From Epithemia pelagica (taxonomy: Eukaryota > Protista > Bacillariophyta), in contig OX337238.1 of assembly GCA_946965045.2 (NCBI GenBank), positions 3,224,001-3,288,000 of the forward strand: a stretch of DNA of 64,000 nucleotides, read 5' to 3'. The position numbers and the translations under genes are program-made. Positions 13,001-21,900 of this stretch are shown in pieces. Position 1 is the first letter of the stretch; every line of letters begins with the position of its first letter. Below the pieces are notes generated by a model, which did no database searches, was not told the origin of the DNA, and worked only from the letters and a program-made list of their open reading frames with translations.

Positions 13001-13175
13001 CCGGCGGTGGGTCACCCCCGACACGAGTGCCGGTTGCAGAGGTCGGTCCCACGTTTTGGCGTGAGGTACGATCTCCACTTTCCGAGACTCCGGGATTTCC
13101 ACTTCCCCTACCAGTTCCACCTCCTTCGGCCGCCGCAGCAGCCGCTTTCGTGTTCGCTCGCGTTGATGTAGTCAT
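6924..13175 (-). CDS. Gag-Pol polyprotein of C1 (~2083 aa from the first ATG)
   Basis: Gly-rich N-terminus, Gag, RGG tract, protease EMDTMADT, integrase (YTDT, TADLAGE, QNHKAE), chromo-like segment, RT (DIGNAYLNA, YVDD) and RNase H (VDADHAG, SEF, CDN, NIADLLTK). The stop codon lies inside the 3' LTR. Confidence 0.95.
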   Translation of the reverse strand: MTTSTRANTKAAAAAAEGGGTGRGSGNPGVSESGDRTSRQNVGPTSATGTRVGGDPPPGRTFRTPGAGTAAGTSAGGVAPGMGVPGGAPGTGGGSAGAGTAGIGGAGVGAGAGGGGAPGGGAGGGAGGGAGGGGAGGGGAGGGGAGGAGGGGGAGGGGGGGAVPPGVPPPPPPLSAVGLALTTCGANPYEIYALEHTERLNTIEAFGRMTSDDVTSLVSRLEKRPYPHNVAIPTSVVKNIQGLCFWSAQARRQGRRLNYGDFDQDALSESLDAMEIQAEKTTSPDIKPSALKEEDWEDWSQEFPTYLSHILGKQKAPLDYVIRPDLDPSHVFASTREQELYSYPLGGPYYWEDNKEVFRLLSDLVKDQPATWIQPFQASQDGRRAWLALVDHFDGGGQKEKRISRAEAVLESIFYQNERVFSFDAYSARLLRAFRTLETTPNRRMPSNQVRILLENIKIASAKFAVIKGHVRTNYRSDLHGAIAYISREISELFPDTSVNNRRNQGRHRFVSEAASQQAPASNRPRNFAGLSHNNGIYTFFGVDVTDVTRRFSSQEMVTLGPQGQAYVHQERARIRGGGRGGAGRGFGGRGRGGRGGGAGGRNIQEIQTADQSIVTDITSNDQGERSEAGTNNGDRGSMNGRRFGNGAYGNDENGSTTGGSRSGRVSVVNCGPQRRVGKVEKGWLLDEETEGKTGNNEMDTMADTCCAGRNWKLIETTGMECTVNDFAGNQVGKASVPVATCATVVREEKSGLEVVLIGHQMLWFGNRLDKSLLNQNQIRHAGHDLRDDPTKMNEGFGIWAEGMHIPFKINGTTVYFESRAPSAQDMERLPSITITRQEMWDPQNVDLTQMDSTPHGESYGIGAAEIGHVSSLLTPDGISSKLSSIPRVRQVESSRHSAVTAETISRKWKIGLDSARATLRVTTQQGIRTAVSPITRRYRVDNLALHRNRLQARMYTDTLFSKTLSLSGNKCAQVFTDGQFTAVYPLASKAQVGQALSQFIDEVGIPDRLTADLAGEQTGSSTLFQKLVRVHRIDMQWAEKHTGKQNHKAEREIGLLKQRWQRRMAESNVPKRLWDFGLVYEAGILSRVARGHDGRSGIERLAGETPDISEWIDFSFYNLVWYHNNVKVDATEDPVQLGRWLGIAHRIGSDLCYWILTKAGKVIARTTVQHVTDNDMTKPDVAERVRQFTLIVEERLNDSGFTDENGNGPGFLEDVDLVEEERGRVGIVPTDEEYGDMVVTERPDADEYGDGYDEYIGAQVRVEDGGEGLLGTVTKRQKGLDGKPLGKANRNLIFDTRTYEVSFPGGVIHEYTANMVAENLFSRLDNEGKRHVVITEVVGHRRNGDAVAKDDGYHYSSNGNKHPRRTTKGWEIAVECRDGNQIWVPLREAKEGYPVELAEYAVAHGIADEPAFKCWVPQTINHLRRLVKKVKKKYWKTTHKYGIKLPHSVEEALKIDELTGTDFWRKAIDKELKVVKVAWEAREDLDINEVRAGRQLIGYTEIKCHMVFDVKMDLTRKARLVAGGHMTDAPASLTYSSVVSRDSIRIAFLIASLSGLKVLACDIGNAYLNAPCREKIWFRGGPEVGHECEGKVCVMERALYGLKSSGASWRATLMMTLYDMGFVDTQADACVLRRKRKKETGEEYYELILVYVDDILLVSHEPQPVLDEIDKHYKIKAGSTGEPTIYLGAQIYKHNLPNGSWAWGMTSEKYFTNAVRIVEELLKEDGQGKHLKTTARVPVVSSYIPETDVSPELEPRLTSRYQQLIGILRWAVELGRVDIYLEVSLLSQYLANPRVGHLDAAYHIFAFLKTHPKLKIVFDPKDVVLDEQCFAQVAVDAWKEFYGDVVEEIPTSMPEPLGKPISMTCFVDADHAGNLVTRRSHTGIIIFLQNAPILWYSKRQNTVETSSFGSEFVALRIAKEMIVGLRYKLRMFGVPIVGPASILCDNRGVVKNTSLPASILNKRHNAINYHSVREAVAASIIRVGKEDTESNIADLLTKIPPQDRWNALISQFTYSSAFGPGGPPSIPTAGINPALLYFSSPQYSGTVALAGTVLFGSIRHSGLNPLGMERSLPFTGSLVFMR

Positions 13176-13202
13176 TCTCTTAGCCTTCAAAGTTCAAACA
13201 GA

Positions 13203-13219
13203 CGATGGGTCTGATAAAC
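13203..13219 (-). promoter_or_regulatory. Primer-binding site of C1 (half-tRNA type, candidate)
   Basis: GTTTATCAGACCCATCG directly after the 5' LTR. Its complement reads as an anticodon arm TGGGT-CTGATAA-AC (GAU loop). Confidence 0.5.
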
Positions 13220-13376
13220 TGTCTTATTTCCACCGATAGAATCCTCGTAAAAGAAAGACTAAGATAAGATCTTATACTACATTCAACGCATGAAAACAAG
13301 TGAGCCGGTAAACGGTAATGACCGTTCCATTCCCAATGGATTGAGTCCCGAATGACGTATCGACCCGAATAAGACA
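13220..13376 (-). repeat. 5' LTR of C1
   Basis: 157 bp; no difference from 6861-7017 seen by eye. Confidence 0.95.
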
Positions 13377-13386
13377 GTAGAAAAAG

Positions 13387-13408
13387 GTTACGACAACCGG
13401 TCGTATTG
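13387..13408 (-). repeat. Right terminal inverted repeat (candidate) of the RAG1-like transposon
   Basis: GTTACGACAACCGGTCGTATTG, a 20/22 inverted match to 648-669. Confidence 0.65.
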
Positions 13409-14113
13409 CTATTCGGCTCTCTTTTCTTCTACCAAAACTATGTCGACGACTTGCCCCCTTGCCAGTTGCCAGAGAGCTAGGAGTACTATGCTAACAACCA
13501 CTATCACCACACGACCACAAACAGATTCCAAAGCAACGGGACACAGCATGTGACACTTTGACAAAGGCGAACGGATCCTGCCCCACTACAAGACACAAAA
13601 AGAAAGACTAGAAAAGGGGAAAAAATACACTTCCGTTTCCAAGAACTATATGACGAACCAACAATACCACGCGGCTTGGGCGAATGCCGACCTCAGTTGG
13701 AATCCTGCACAATGCACAACAAGTAACCGAGATTTCAGCAACAAAGTGAACCCTCTGATTCGTACAGCTCCATGGCATTCTTGGTGTGGTGTCACACAAT
13801 AAGAAAGCGAGATTGCGCAGTCTCGTAGGTGAAGACCTAGTAGTAGCTCGACAAGAGGTTTTATCCTCTAGAATAATTATGTACTTGGTTGTTCTCGACT
13901 AATAGGGCGCTTTTTCAACAAAGACCACTTTCGACCCGTGTCTTTCCTTGTAGACACGTATTAGTATTATGTTGTTTGAAGCCCAACCGAATCGGGCTCA
14001 CACAGACAACAATGATGATTTGGATGGGCCGGTGATGTTTGCCAGTGCTCGTGTTGCAGTGACAGTCGTGAACTTTGCAAGTTGGTTCTTTTTGTGCTTG
14101 TGTACGTCAATAT

Positions 14114-14667
14114 TTATGGAGACTGGCGAGGAACAAGTGACTGGATTTGCAATCCGGAGAGATCCAACAAACGTTTGAACACCAGAGAATGTTTGTCTAC
14201 CAGTCTAACCCGGCTGCAATAAACACCATCTTGTCCATTTAGCCTCGAATTACCAAAACGAACAATCCCACTTGCAAGGGCGACCATGCATGGCGAATAA
14301 AGCACCAAGGGGTCAGTTCCAGGGAATTTCCACGAAACCTTTCGTTGCGTGTCAAATACGAATAGATAGCCAGTCAACGCTGGACAGAGCAGCAAACAGG
14401 ATCTTTCTCGATTCATCACAGACCGCCCTTCTTCTTGCCATTCTGGCGCCTTCCATTGTAGAGGTTCATGGTTGATATTGTCGTCGTCGGTTCTAAACAA
14501 CACGAGTCCTGACGTAAACAATTGTGGAAAGGAGCCACCGTTTCGTTTCTTTCTTTGTGCTCGTTTGACACAACTCCAATGGTTTTATGCGCCCGCCTAC
14601 GAACCGTCTGGATATCGTTGGGCGTGAGTGTGTGTGTAGTATCGACACGCTTCCCCGAACGTTCCAC
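14114..14667 (-). pseudogene. Internally deleted, frameshifted paralog of the Kelch gene at 61959-63254
   Basis: N-terminal matches (IQTVRRRAHKTIGVVSNEHKER vs IQAVRRRVNETIRVVSNGHKER; SGLVLF vs SGLVFL) are joined almost directly to C-terminal matches (VFDTQRKVSW, LASGI, LVDKHSLVFKRLLDLSGLQIQSLVPR). The Kelch repeats are missing. Confidence 0.8.
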
Positions 14668-16120
14668 GCACGATCGTTGGAGGTTTTGAAGGGTCGTTTC
14701 AGTACGACTGTAGCGGTCATGTGCACCGGGCGAGACCGCATCGTAGCGAACACAATTGTTGCGCTACTTCCACTGCTGGAAATGACCCATGAACACGACG
14801 TTCCGGACATTCTTGTTGGTTGCTCGTTTTGCGTGTGTCGAAACGCATCCCCGCAAATTCCACGCTCGATCGTTTTGAGGATTTTGTGGATACATGTTCG
14901 TCCAAACGCATTTAGAGGGTAACAGCACGTGCACCAGGAAACAGAGTTTGTTCCTCGACACTGTAGGATATCTATGTCGGGAAACAGGTGCACGTATCCC
15001 TCTCGTCCTCTCGCTGGTGGAGGGTCGCCAGCAACATATATACTTGAGTGGACCAAAGTTTTGTCGTCCTCTTTTGCTGGAGGACCACTCCACAGGGTCA
15101 CTCTTTTGTGTTTCACACAATACCCTGGATATCAACGAACCAGCCCTGCGCCTCGAATCCGTACTTGGAGTCCATGCAAGAACAAACAAGAGGGATCGTT
15201 CGCAACGACCAGTCAGTCTTGTCGAACGGATCCTCGACCAGTCAGTCTTGTCGAACGGATCCTATTCCTCGAGGTTCATTTATTTGGAAAATCCGATTTT
15301 CCATTCCTTGAGGTGATATATATCTGTCGATTCCCATTATTCTCACTGGACACACGACTCGAACAGATTCCTTCCAAACAGGACCCTAGGCCTACCAACG
15401 CTTGTTCGAGTGCGGACTTTTCCGTTGTATAGGGTCGTTGCTGTGAGACGTCGTTGCTCTTGGACCGGAACCCCCGTTTGACAAACGGCGTGCCTCTTCT
15501 TACCCGGTAGTTATAGATCTCGCAAGCGTGCTTGTCCCCCACTTTGAACAGCGAGACTTGCCCGCACCAACAGGAGAAACGCCGTTCCATGCCGTTGCTC
15601 TCGTCGTCATCCATGTAAAGATGGTAGTTCCATTGCTAACAAGATCATCCTTGTCCTTGTTTATGCTCTCTTCGCAACCGTAAAAAAACTACTGAATTTT
15701 CTTTCGACCGTATCACTGTCGTTGCAAGATGAATGGAACTCGCATCTTGTGAATCCAGCAGAAAACACCAATGTCAAGGGAGTCATGAAGCACAATAAGG
15801 GAGTCAAGAACGACAATCCGAGTTGGACGGAACTGAAAAACACTCGTACAATAGCAGGCCTTTTGCGACTGTTTCTTTTTTCGTTGCATTTCCTTTCGAG
15901 ACATGAGGACGAGATATTGTCAAGCAGAACGGATTACCATTCGCTGTACAGAAGAGGCGAGAATCCAACCATTGTCCTTGCCAACAAGAAGTTTTGGGTG
16001 TTGTTCCCCAAACTAATACAATCAATAGAATGAGAATGTGACCATCGCTGAACACCCATCCAACGAACTGGTCGGCGGGCGCGCCTGCGCATGACCCACT
16101 TCGGTGTGGTCGCGGTAAGA
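14668..16120 (-). repeat. Upstream part of the Kelch module, paralogous to 59580-61958 (inverted) and to 1-600
   Basis: Shared blocks include the repeated ACGATCG(A/T)GCGTGGAA motif, cgagtgtt(t/g)ttc(a/g)gttc(c/t)gtccaactcg, atggttggattctc and tgcgcag(g/a)cgcgcccgccga. Confidence 0.6.
15206..15263. repeat. Perfect 29-bp tandem duplication
   Basis: cgaccagtcagtcttgtcgaacggatcct twice. Confidence 0.9.
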
Positions 16121-16553
16121 ATCGGTCCTCGTGTGTCTCATGAGAGAGACAAAACCATGGGAGTAATAATAATATTACGCTCCTATTCTATTTGATTCAC
16201 ACCATGGGAACAACCACAATCGCACGAAACCAACCGCAACCACAACCAACAACCAACAACCAACAACCACAACGGATTCCGAACCAACGGGGACACACTT
16301 GTTTCTGGACCCTTGTCTTGCATTCCTTCCGTTTGTCAAAGAACGACATTGTGGTGTAGTAGTAGGTAGGTGTATCCGAGAAAGGATACAACTATAGCAA
16401 CGAAATGACCCACAGATTCTATAGAGAAGCGCGCGCAAGTGTTGTTACAAGTATACAAAACTCAAGAAATATAGATAGATAGATAGATGGATGGATCGAT
16501 TCCAGCGGCACGAGCACGACGGTTGGATCCCGCCCCGTTTCTCTTGTGGTTTA

Positions 16554-17954
16554 TTAGGACCGACCCGCCGTTAGTTTGTCGACCAAGGGACGCCAGAGCA
16601 TCCACGAAGAAGAGGATGATGCAGTTTCCAAAGAAGAAGGCTCTTCGGGGATTGCCGGTGCCGACGTCCACCACGTCCACGTCTCAGCTAATTGCGTCGC
16701 CAGTGATTGCAATTGATTTGGTGCTTGATCCGAGAGGCACCACCACACCATGGCCGACCCAGCCACCACTAGAAGGAGCAGGGTTAGGAACACGGACGAC
16801 AGTGACGCTTTGGAGGAGGAGACGAGTGGTTCTGTAGCAGAAGCAGTGAGGGGCAGGTCACGTGTGGCAGCGACCGTCGTGGTGGTGGACTCGGGAGAAA
16901 CTTGGTTTGGTTCTGCTGGCGTGCTCGTGGTTGTAGTGGTTGGAACGGATGCTTGTGGAGTCGTAGTAGTACTAGTAGTAGTCGGAATGTCGTCCTCCAA
17001 CACTGCCGAGGAGGCTTCGGACATGCTCGTCTTGGAGGCGGTTGACGTGGGAGACAAGGCGGGTGTCGTCGTCATTGTGGTCGGTGCCGCCGCTGGCTTG
17101 GTCGTGGTAGTCGGTGTCGTCTTGTTGGACGTTTTGGGTGTATTGGTCGTGAGAGCGGGCGACACGGTCGTCGTACCTCCCGTTTTGGACTTTGCCGACG
17201 AAGCGCGTGGTGTCACGACGGCTGGCATGGAATTGGTACGGTCCTGGCGATTATTGTTCCGTCCAAAAATGCGTCGCAACGAGCGCGTGGATTGGACCGA
17301 TTGGGCATCGCCATTCGTGGCCAAGCGTCCACCCCCCAAGCGGGTCGAAGTGACATTGCGCCGGACACTGGCATTCCCATTCCCCGAATTGTTGCGCCAG
17401 GACGATCGCAACCGTTGGGCCAATCGCAAGCGACGACTGCGCACCGACGCCGTGGTGGAGGTGGTCAAGGTACTGGCATCGTCTGCTAACGAGGAGGATG
17501 AGGGTTCCTGTTCCAACAGTGCGGGTGTGGTGGAATTCAAGCCAGCACCCGTGGTTTGTTGCAAGCGCTTGACAAATTTGGCCGTGCGACGTTGCGGAAC
17601 ATTCCAGGTTTCATGGTCGAGCAACAATTGCGCATGAATGGCCTTGACATCCATCATATTGCCGCCATTCTAAAAATACGAACCAAGGAACAAGGAAGGA
17701 AGGAAGGAAACGAGAAGAGAGAGCACAGCAAAAGAGAGACAGAGCAATAATCGTTAGAAGGAGATACACCAACAAACACGAGGCGACCCTTTCGAGTCGT
17801 GCTGTTGTTTTCAATCTAATCCATTGATTTCGTGTTTGGTGGTACAATAGCGGGTTCGTACCTGACGTTGTTGTACCATGAGTTGCTCAATGGTACGAGT
17901 CAATTCATCCGTTCGGGGAAGGTAGGTACGATTGCTCTTCTTGTTCATCATCAT
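16554..17954 (-). CDS. Membrane-anchored protein, family member F1 (~402 aa; exons 17954-17862 and 17669-16554)
   Basis: Exon 1 MMMNKKSNRTYLPRTDELTRTIEQL, phase-0 intron GTACGA...TTTTTAG, then IHAQLLLDHETWNVPQRRTAKFVKR, a Thr/Pro/Ser-rich linker and hydrophobic helix VFLTLLLLVVAGSAMVWWCL. Confidence 0.75.
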
Positions 17955-18987
17955 GGTGGAATTGTTATTGCTCGTGGTGGTTATGGGTTATTCGTTCTTG
18001 TTGGAGGGATGTAGGTAGGTAGTGAAAACAGCTTTTTTGTGTGGAGGTGCGAAAGGCGTCTTCTCTTTCTGCTCTTGTTGGTTTCTCTCTCTCTCTCTCT
18101 CTCTTTGGTGTAGTTGAGGCAACCTCACACCACAAGATACTCCACAAAAGTAGGTAGAATGGACAAGATGAGGAAGACAACGATCCTGTCCTGAATGGGC
18201 GATGCAATCGTTATATATTGTATGCAGGACTTCCCAAGAGAGAGAGAGATCCACAAGCCATTGAATGACCGCTGTGACGGATCAATGGGGGATGTCTTGT
18301 TTTGGCGACGTCCTCGCTCGCTGATCTCGGGGTGGAGTCTCTCCGCGCGACACAGTGTGTTTCGAACCGGTTTTGCAAAACTATAGTGAAAACAGTATAT
18401 GAAAATGTCGCTTGTCGCGCAGGCCGCTCCACAGCGCCAACCAACCCTTTGACAAGACGGAGGTTTCAAGGTGCGACACACTATTCTATCTTGTGTAGGA
18501 ATTTGTCCCAGAAACGACACGGGGCCACCGCAACAGGACCCCTCTTCCCATGTACTCCTACTAGATATCTCAGTGACCCCATCAACCACATGAAACGATG
18601 CCACTGAGTCTCTCTCCTCGTCCACAAAGGGCTCTCTGTAGTATCCGAATCACATGAGAATAGCGCTGTCTGTCGGAATATCGTTGGAATATATCCTCGT
18701 CACTCTCGGTACCGAGAGGAGATGCTAGTGCTATCATAATCCAGTATCCATGGAATCAAAACGAGCGAGTTATGAATCTAGCAGTGCCCCCCAAAATTAG
18801 CTATATATATATATATCAAACATGTACCAAATAACGTGGATCCATCCATTCGTTGGGAACAACATGGACAGCAACTACCGTGTGGTTGCTCTCTCCGTGT
18901 GCTGTGCTGTGCTGTGCTGTGCTGCGCTGTAGTGTGAAACGTTGCGTTGGAATTGCCGTGTGTGTGTGCGTGCGTCTCTTTTTTTTT

Positions 18988-21900
18988 TTAATTCAGGGTC
19001 GTGGCCGCCGTCAGTGTGGCTTGTTTCCACCAGTAGGCCGTTTGTCCCAGCCACTCTTGGACACGACGAGTCGTCGTCTCGGCAGTGGTTCGTTGATTAG
19101 TCAGCGAGGCAGTCTGGGACCTCTGGTCCTTGTCGTTGTTGCAGCTGCTGCCTCCCAGAGCGGATGTGAGGGAATTCCACGTGGATACTCGGGCGGCCAG
19201 GACGGTCGACCAGGCCGCTTGAATCTGCGTCTTGCCCTGTTCCACCACGGGCAAGGACAACCATTGCTTGGGAGACAACCACATGGCGGGGTGATGACGG
19301 ATGCGAATGCTGGTATGGCTCAGGGATGGTTCCACAATCGGTTTCGTCTCGTCCTTGGTATCGTCCTTGTTGGAGTTCCACAGGCGCGACGACAGCCACT
19401 TGGGAGGTGCCAAGCGGCGACTAGTACTAGTAGTAGCACTCGAATCCTGTTCGTTAGCTACTTCCTCTGCCGCCGCCATGTCATTTACCACATCAGGATC
19501 ATCCTGTAGAGTTTCCGGAACGACCCGTTCGGTATGCTCGTCTTGTTTCTCTTGGTTGGAGGAGGTGTCCTCGTCTGCCTTGTTGTGGTGGTGGTGAAAG
19601 AAGGATGAGAGTGTCGGAGTTGCAACCTCGAACTTTTCTTCCTCCGCCTCGACGTGCTTGATTTCTGGTTCGGTAGCTTCAGTTTGTGGGCTCGAGACGG
19701 GGACGGATTCTTCCTGTGCTGCTTCTTCCAGTTCGAATTCCTCCTCGACCACCACTTTCTCGGCAGCTTCTCCTGGCCCGGTTGTCAATGGGACTGGAAC
19801 CTCCTCCTCCTCTTCTTCTTCTTCTTCTTTCTCCTCCTCCTCAATTTCTTGTTTCGAGGGTGCTGCAGTATGCTCTACGCTAAGAGGGGACGACGACTCG
19901 AGAATGGTTCGCACTTGGTCCAACAAGCCAGAAGAGGCATGAATACCCTCCTGGTCGTTTGCCTTTTCCTCCGGACCAAGAATGCTCCATCCCGTCACGC
20001 GTTCCAGGACATCAAAACATTGGGTCGATCCATTCTTGGTTTCCATAAAACACCACGAACCACCCAGAGACGCCACGACCAGCAAGGACATCAACACCGG
20101 CACAATTAACCAGGTCCAAGACTTGGGTTCCTGTCCTTGGGGAGTGGCTTCCCTTGTTTCGACCACAGGCACAACAATACTTCGGTCCATGCTCTTTGGC
20201 TCTGGATCTTGTTGGGGCACCGGGATTCCTTCCTCTGGTTCCTCCTCCTTCTTGACTGGCTTGGTTTCGGGACCAACAAGCTCTTCTGCATGAGGCGTCA
20301 AGGTTCGAGCGGTTGCACCGACCATCCAATCGGCTGACGGATCGTTCTTGTCCGTCTCCACCAAAAGAGGAGTCGTTTCCTGAACAGACACCTTTTCCTC
20401 TTCTTCTTTTTCAGATTCCAATGGTGCAGCCGGAGACTGTGGTGCCTTGGCATTGTCCATGGCTTCGTCACTCGAGACGGATGGAAGAGGAGCAGCAGCG
20501 TTGGCCCAGACCAACCAATTGGGCGAGTTCTCATTCGACTGTCCCTCATTTGGTTCGAGATGCAGGTCTGTGAGAGTGACGGTCTGCATGATATCCTCGC
20601 GGTCCGTGGTGTTTGCTGGAGTGACAAACGTGCTGGTCGGTGTAGGAGGCAGCTGCTGATGGCCTGGGGTGGGACCCTTGCCCTGGGCCCATAACATCCA
20701 ATTGGGTTGTGGTTCTTGTCCTTGCAGTGGGGTCTCGTCCAATGTGGTCTCGGTAACAGTTTCGGTTGATGGTGGCGCATCACTTGCCTCGGTCAAGTCT
20801 TGTTGTCCAAGAATCGTGGTCAATTCTTCCGTGGCAACCACTTCGTCGGGAACCAATGCCGTTGGCAAATCATCATCATCATCATCATCATGTTCTTCTT
20901 GTGTCGCCTGTTCTTCTTTGGTGTGTTGTGCTTCGTCGGGAGTCGGCGTATTCGGTGAATCTTGTGCCACCACCTCTGCGTACAATCGACGCGGTACTTC
21001 CTCGGATACCAATGCAGGTGCAACCTTCTTTGATTCCTCCACGGAGGCACTCAGGACAGGAGATTTGTCTTGGGTGTCATTGTCTTCTACTTCTTCTTTG
21101 GGTGGCATTTCCTGCAACATGTCCTCTGGTGGTTCTAGTTGTTCCTGTGGAGAAGGCATTTCGTCTCCCGCTCTCGTGTCGGTGACAGTGGTGGTGGCCA
21201 ATGTGACCGAACTAGGCTGATGAGGAAGTGCCTGAATCATGGGTTGCGGCTGTGGTGGCACTGGTGCGTCTCCCAGAGTGTCCGCTTTCGCGTCTTCTTC
21301 TTCTTCTTCTTCTTCTTCTTCTTCTTCTTCTTCTTCTTCTTCTTCTTCTTCTTCTTCTTCTTCTTCTTCTCTTTCTTGTGGGAGGCTTGGCAGAGCGACA
21401 GACTCTTCTTGTGCAAGAGTGTTGGTGTCCTCCTCTTCTCCAGCATTCGGCGCGGATGCTTCCCGAACTGGTTGTTCCGCTGCCTCCTCCTCTACCAACT
21501 CGGTCGCAAGTTTGACGACTGGAGCTGGTTCATCTGGCATTGTGTCAAGAGTCTCTTGCACGGGTTGCTCTGCTTGGAGTACGGATTCGGCGGCCGATTC
21601 CGGAACCCCTGCTTGGAGAGGAGCATCGTCTTTGTCTTTGTCTTCTTCTTCTTGTGTTTCGTGCCATTCCTTGGGTTCGTCGGCCGTTGGTTCCACCAAC
21701 GTTAAAATTTCGACCGCTCCAGCCGAGTCACTGCTTGTGGCCGTATCTTCTGTCGGTTGTGAGGCAATCTCGTCTTGAAGTTCCTTACCAGTATCGTCGT
21801 TGTTCGTGTCGCCGTCTTTGGGATCCGCAGGTGGTTGCAATTCCTGGTCGATGACAGGTTCCTCATCTGCCGTGTCACGTGGTTCTTCTTCTTCCAACTC

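Larger units (their letters stand above)
6861..13376 (-). mobile_element. Full-length Ty1/Copia LTR retrotransposon (diatom CoDi-like), element C1, 6516 bp
   Basis: Two 157-bp TG...CA LTRs that appear identical; 4-bp TSD GTAG (6857-6860 and 13377-13380); single intact gag-pol ORF with PR-IN-RT-RH order. Confidence 0.97.
648..13408 (+). mobile_element. DNA transposon with RAG1/Transib/Chapaev-like transposase and a convergent second gene; ~6.2 kb excluding the nested Copia element
   Basis: Inverted repeat at 648-669 and 13387-13408 (20/22 match) encloses a + strand transposase (1214-4814) and a - strand gene (6557-5093). Sequence outside the ends resembles the Kelch-module upstream region (13500-13580 is similar to 16260-16350). 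Confidence 0.65.

Noticed and set aside
12566-13239. Pro-rich and other alternative-frame ORFs (207, 184, 170 and 158 aa) over the start of C1
   Set aside because: Shadows of the Gly/Ala-rich, stop-poor gag sequence.
21139-21778. Poly-Phe, poly-Leu, poly-Ser and poly-Lys ORFs
   Set aside because: Alternative-frame readings of the (TTC)n microsatellite within F2.
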